Shown here: positions 63,222 to 64,000 of the stretch, one piece after another
Numbering within the stretch: the stretch's first letter is position 1
How the letters are laid out: each line of letters begins with the position of its first letter
Origin: Salisapilia sapeloensis CBS 127946
Taxonomy: Eukaryota > Protista > Oomycota
Length of the DNA stretch: 64,000 nt
Assembly: GCA_023334545.1 (NCBI GenBank)
Contig: JAADVB010000003.1
Location: 1-64,000 of the forward strand
Direction of reading: 5' to 3'
Program-made: the position numbers and the translations under genes
Notes under the pieces: generated by a model
What the model was told of the DNA's origin: nothing
The model's database searches: none
What the model saw: the letters and a program-made list of their open reading frames with translations, nothing else

Positions 63222-64000
63222 ATGGGAGCTTTTGAGGGAGACGACGCATGGGTTGCAACGCAATTGCAAGAAGCTCAAGCACGTAAAAGACGGCAAGAGC
63301 AAGATGCTCAGAAACTCATTGTAACATTTGATCGCAATGCGTTTACGAAACGTGTGCAGGTAGATGGTGTATTCTTTTGTGTCATACTTGCTATTCTCCT
63401 TGGCATGTATCCATTCTTACGTGACGAGTGTATCTGATATTGTTACATGACTAGTCTCTACTAGAGAATGACGTGAGCGATGGATTCGTCATCGGGTTAA
63501 AGCATCGGCAGGAGTTTGCTCGTCAATTATGTCATGAATACCCACTCTTTACCGAGCAGCAAAAACTCGACTTGATCCTAGCACTCGCCATCGACCTAGG
63601 GCTACAGGACCTTAACGTTATGGTCAAGACCCTGCCTCCAGTCGACCGCTCTCGCCTCGTACTGAGCGTGCTAGCCGCGACGCTAGGTTTCCATCCTCGA
63701 CACGACCCGAGTCTATCGAAGAACATCAAGCGAGGCCTCGTACCTGTCGCCGAGCGCTTTTTCCACCTCGTATCTCCTGTGCCAGAAGGCCCCGAGTTCC
63801 TCATGACCTTACGTAAAGATATCCAAAGCATCTTACGAAAACATCGCACCAAGTTCGAGAACAAGACCGTGAGGGCGCTAGAGTTTATGGATATGGTCAT
63901 GAAGATGCTATTCGCGACACAAGCGGGGATGAAAGTCCGTCGGATCGAACTATCTAGTCCTGAACTATCCTCCTTTGTCTTGTTGCACGAACGTGTGCAT
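63222..64000 (+). CDS. Malonyl-CoA decarboxylase-like protein (5' part, runs off the window)
   Basis: After an intron: LILALAIDLG...EGPEFLMTLRKDI...MDMVMKMLF...VRRIELSSPELSSFVLLHERVH, like MCD FLVxLRxD...LERITWxSP...YEAVH. Confidence 0.65.

Overview
Gene-dense eukaryotic nuclear DNA, most likely from a flagellated (zoosporic) oomycete. Support for that: short ~50-60 nt GT-AG introns with CTRAC/CTGAT branch points, an oomycete-type GCTCATTY initiator, an elicitin-like secreted protein and axonemal genes (CFAP210, ODAD1-like). About 30 protein-coding genes are present, mostly housekeeping (RPL24, PRMT1, ASF1, TAF13, MED12, GID8, COQ3, COPA, PRPF4, citrate carrier, Kv channel, CCX exchanger). 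I saw no rRNA, tRNA or CRISPR array. Accessory structure: three decayed copies of one repeat family with L1/Tx1-like non-LTR RT remnants (~1-200, ~11.7-12.8 kb, ~45.8-47.2 kb); a recent 189-bp near-perfect inverted repeat enclosing 2.45 kb of poorly explained genes (8839-11671); and an F-box/LRR gene with a tandem pseudogene. The most interesting proteins are (i) an mRNA-capping guanylyltransferase homolog with the catalytic motif residues replaced, fused to a CCCH zinc finger, and (ii) a PHD finger fused to a zinc-ribbon/QW-motif alpha-alpha toroid domain. All family calls come from motif recognition by eye, not database searches. Exon boundaries of multi-exon genes are partly approximate.
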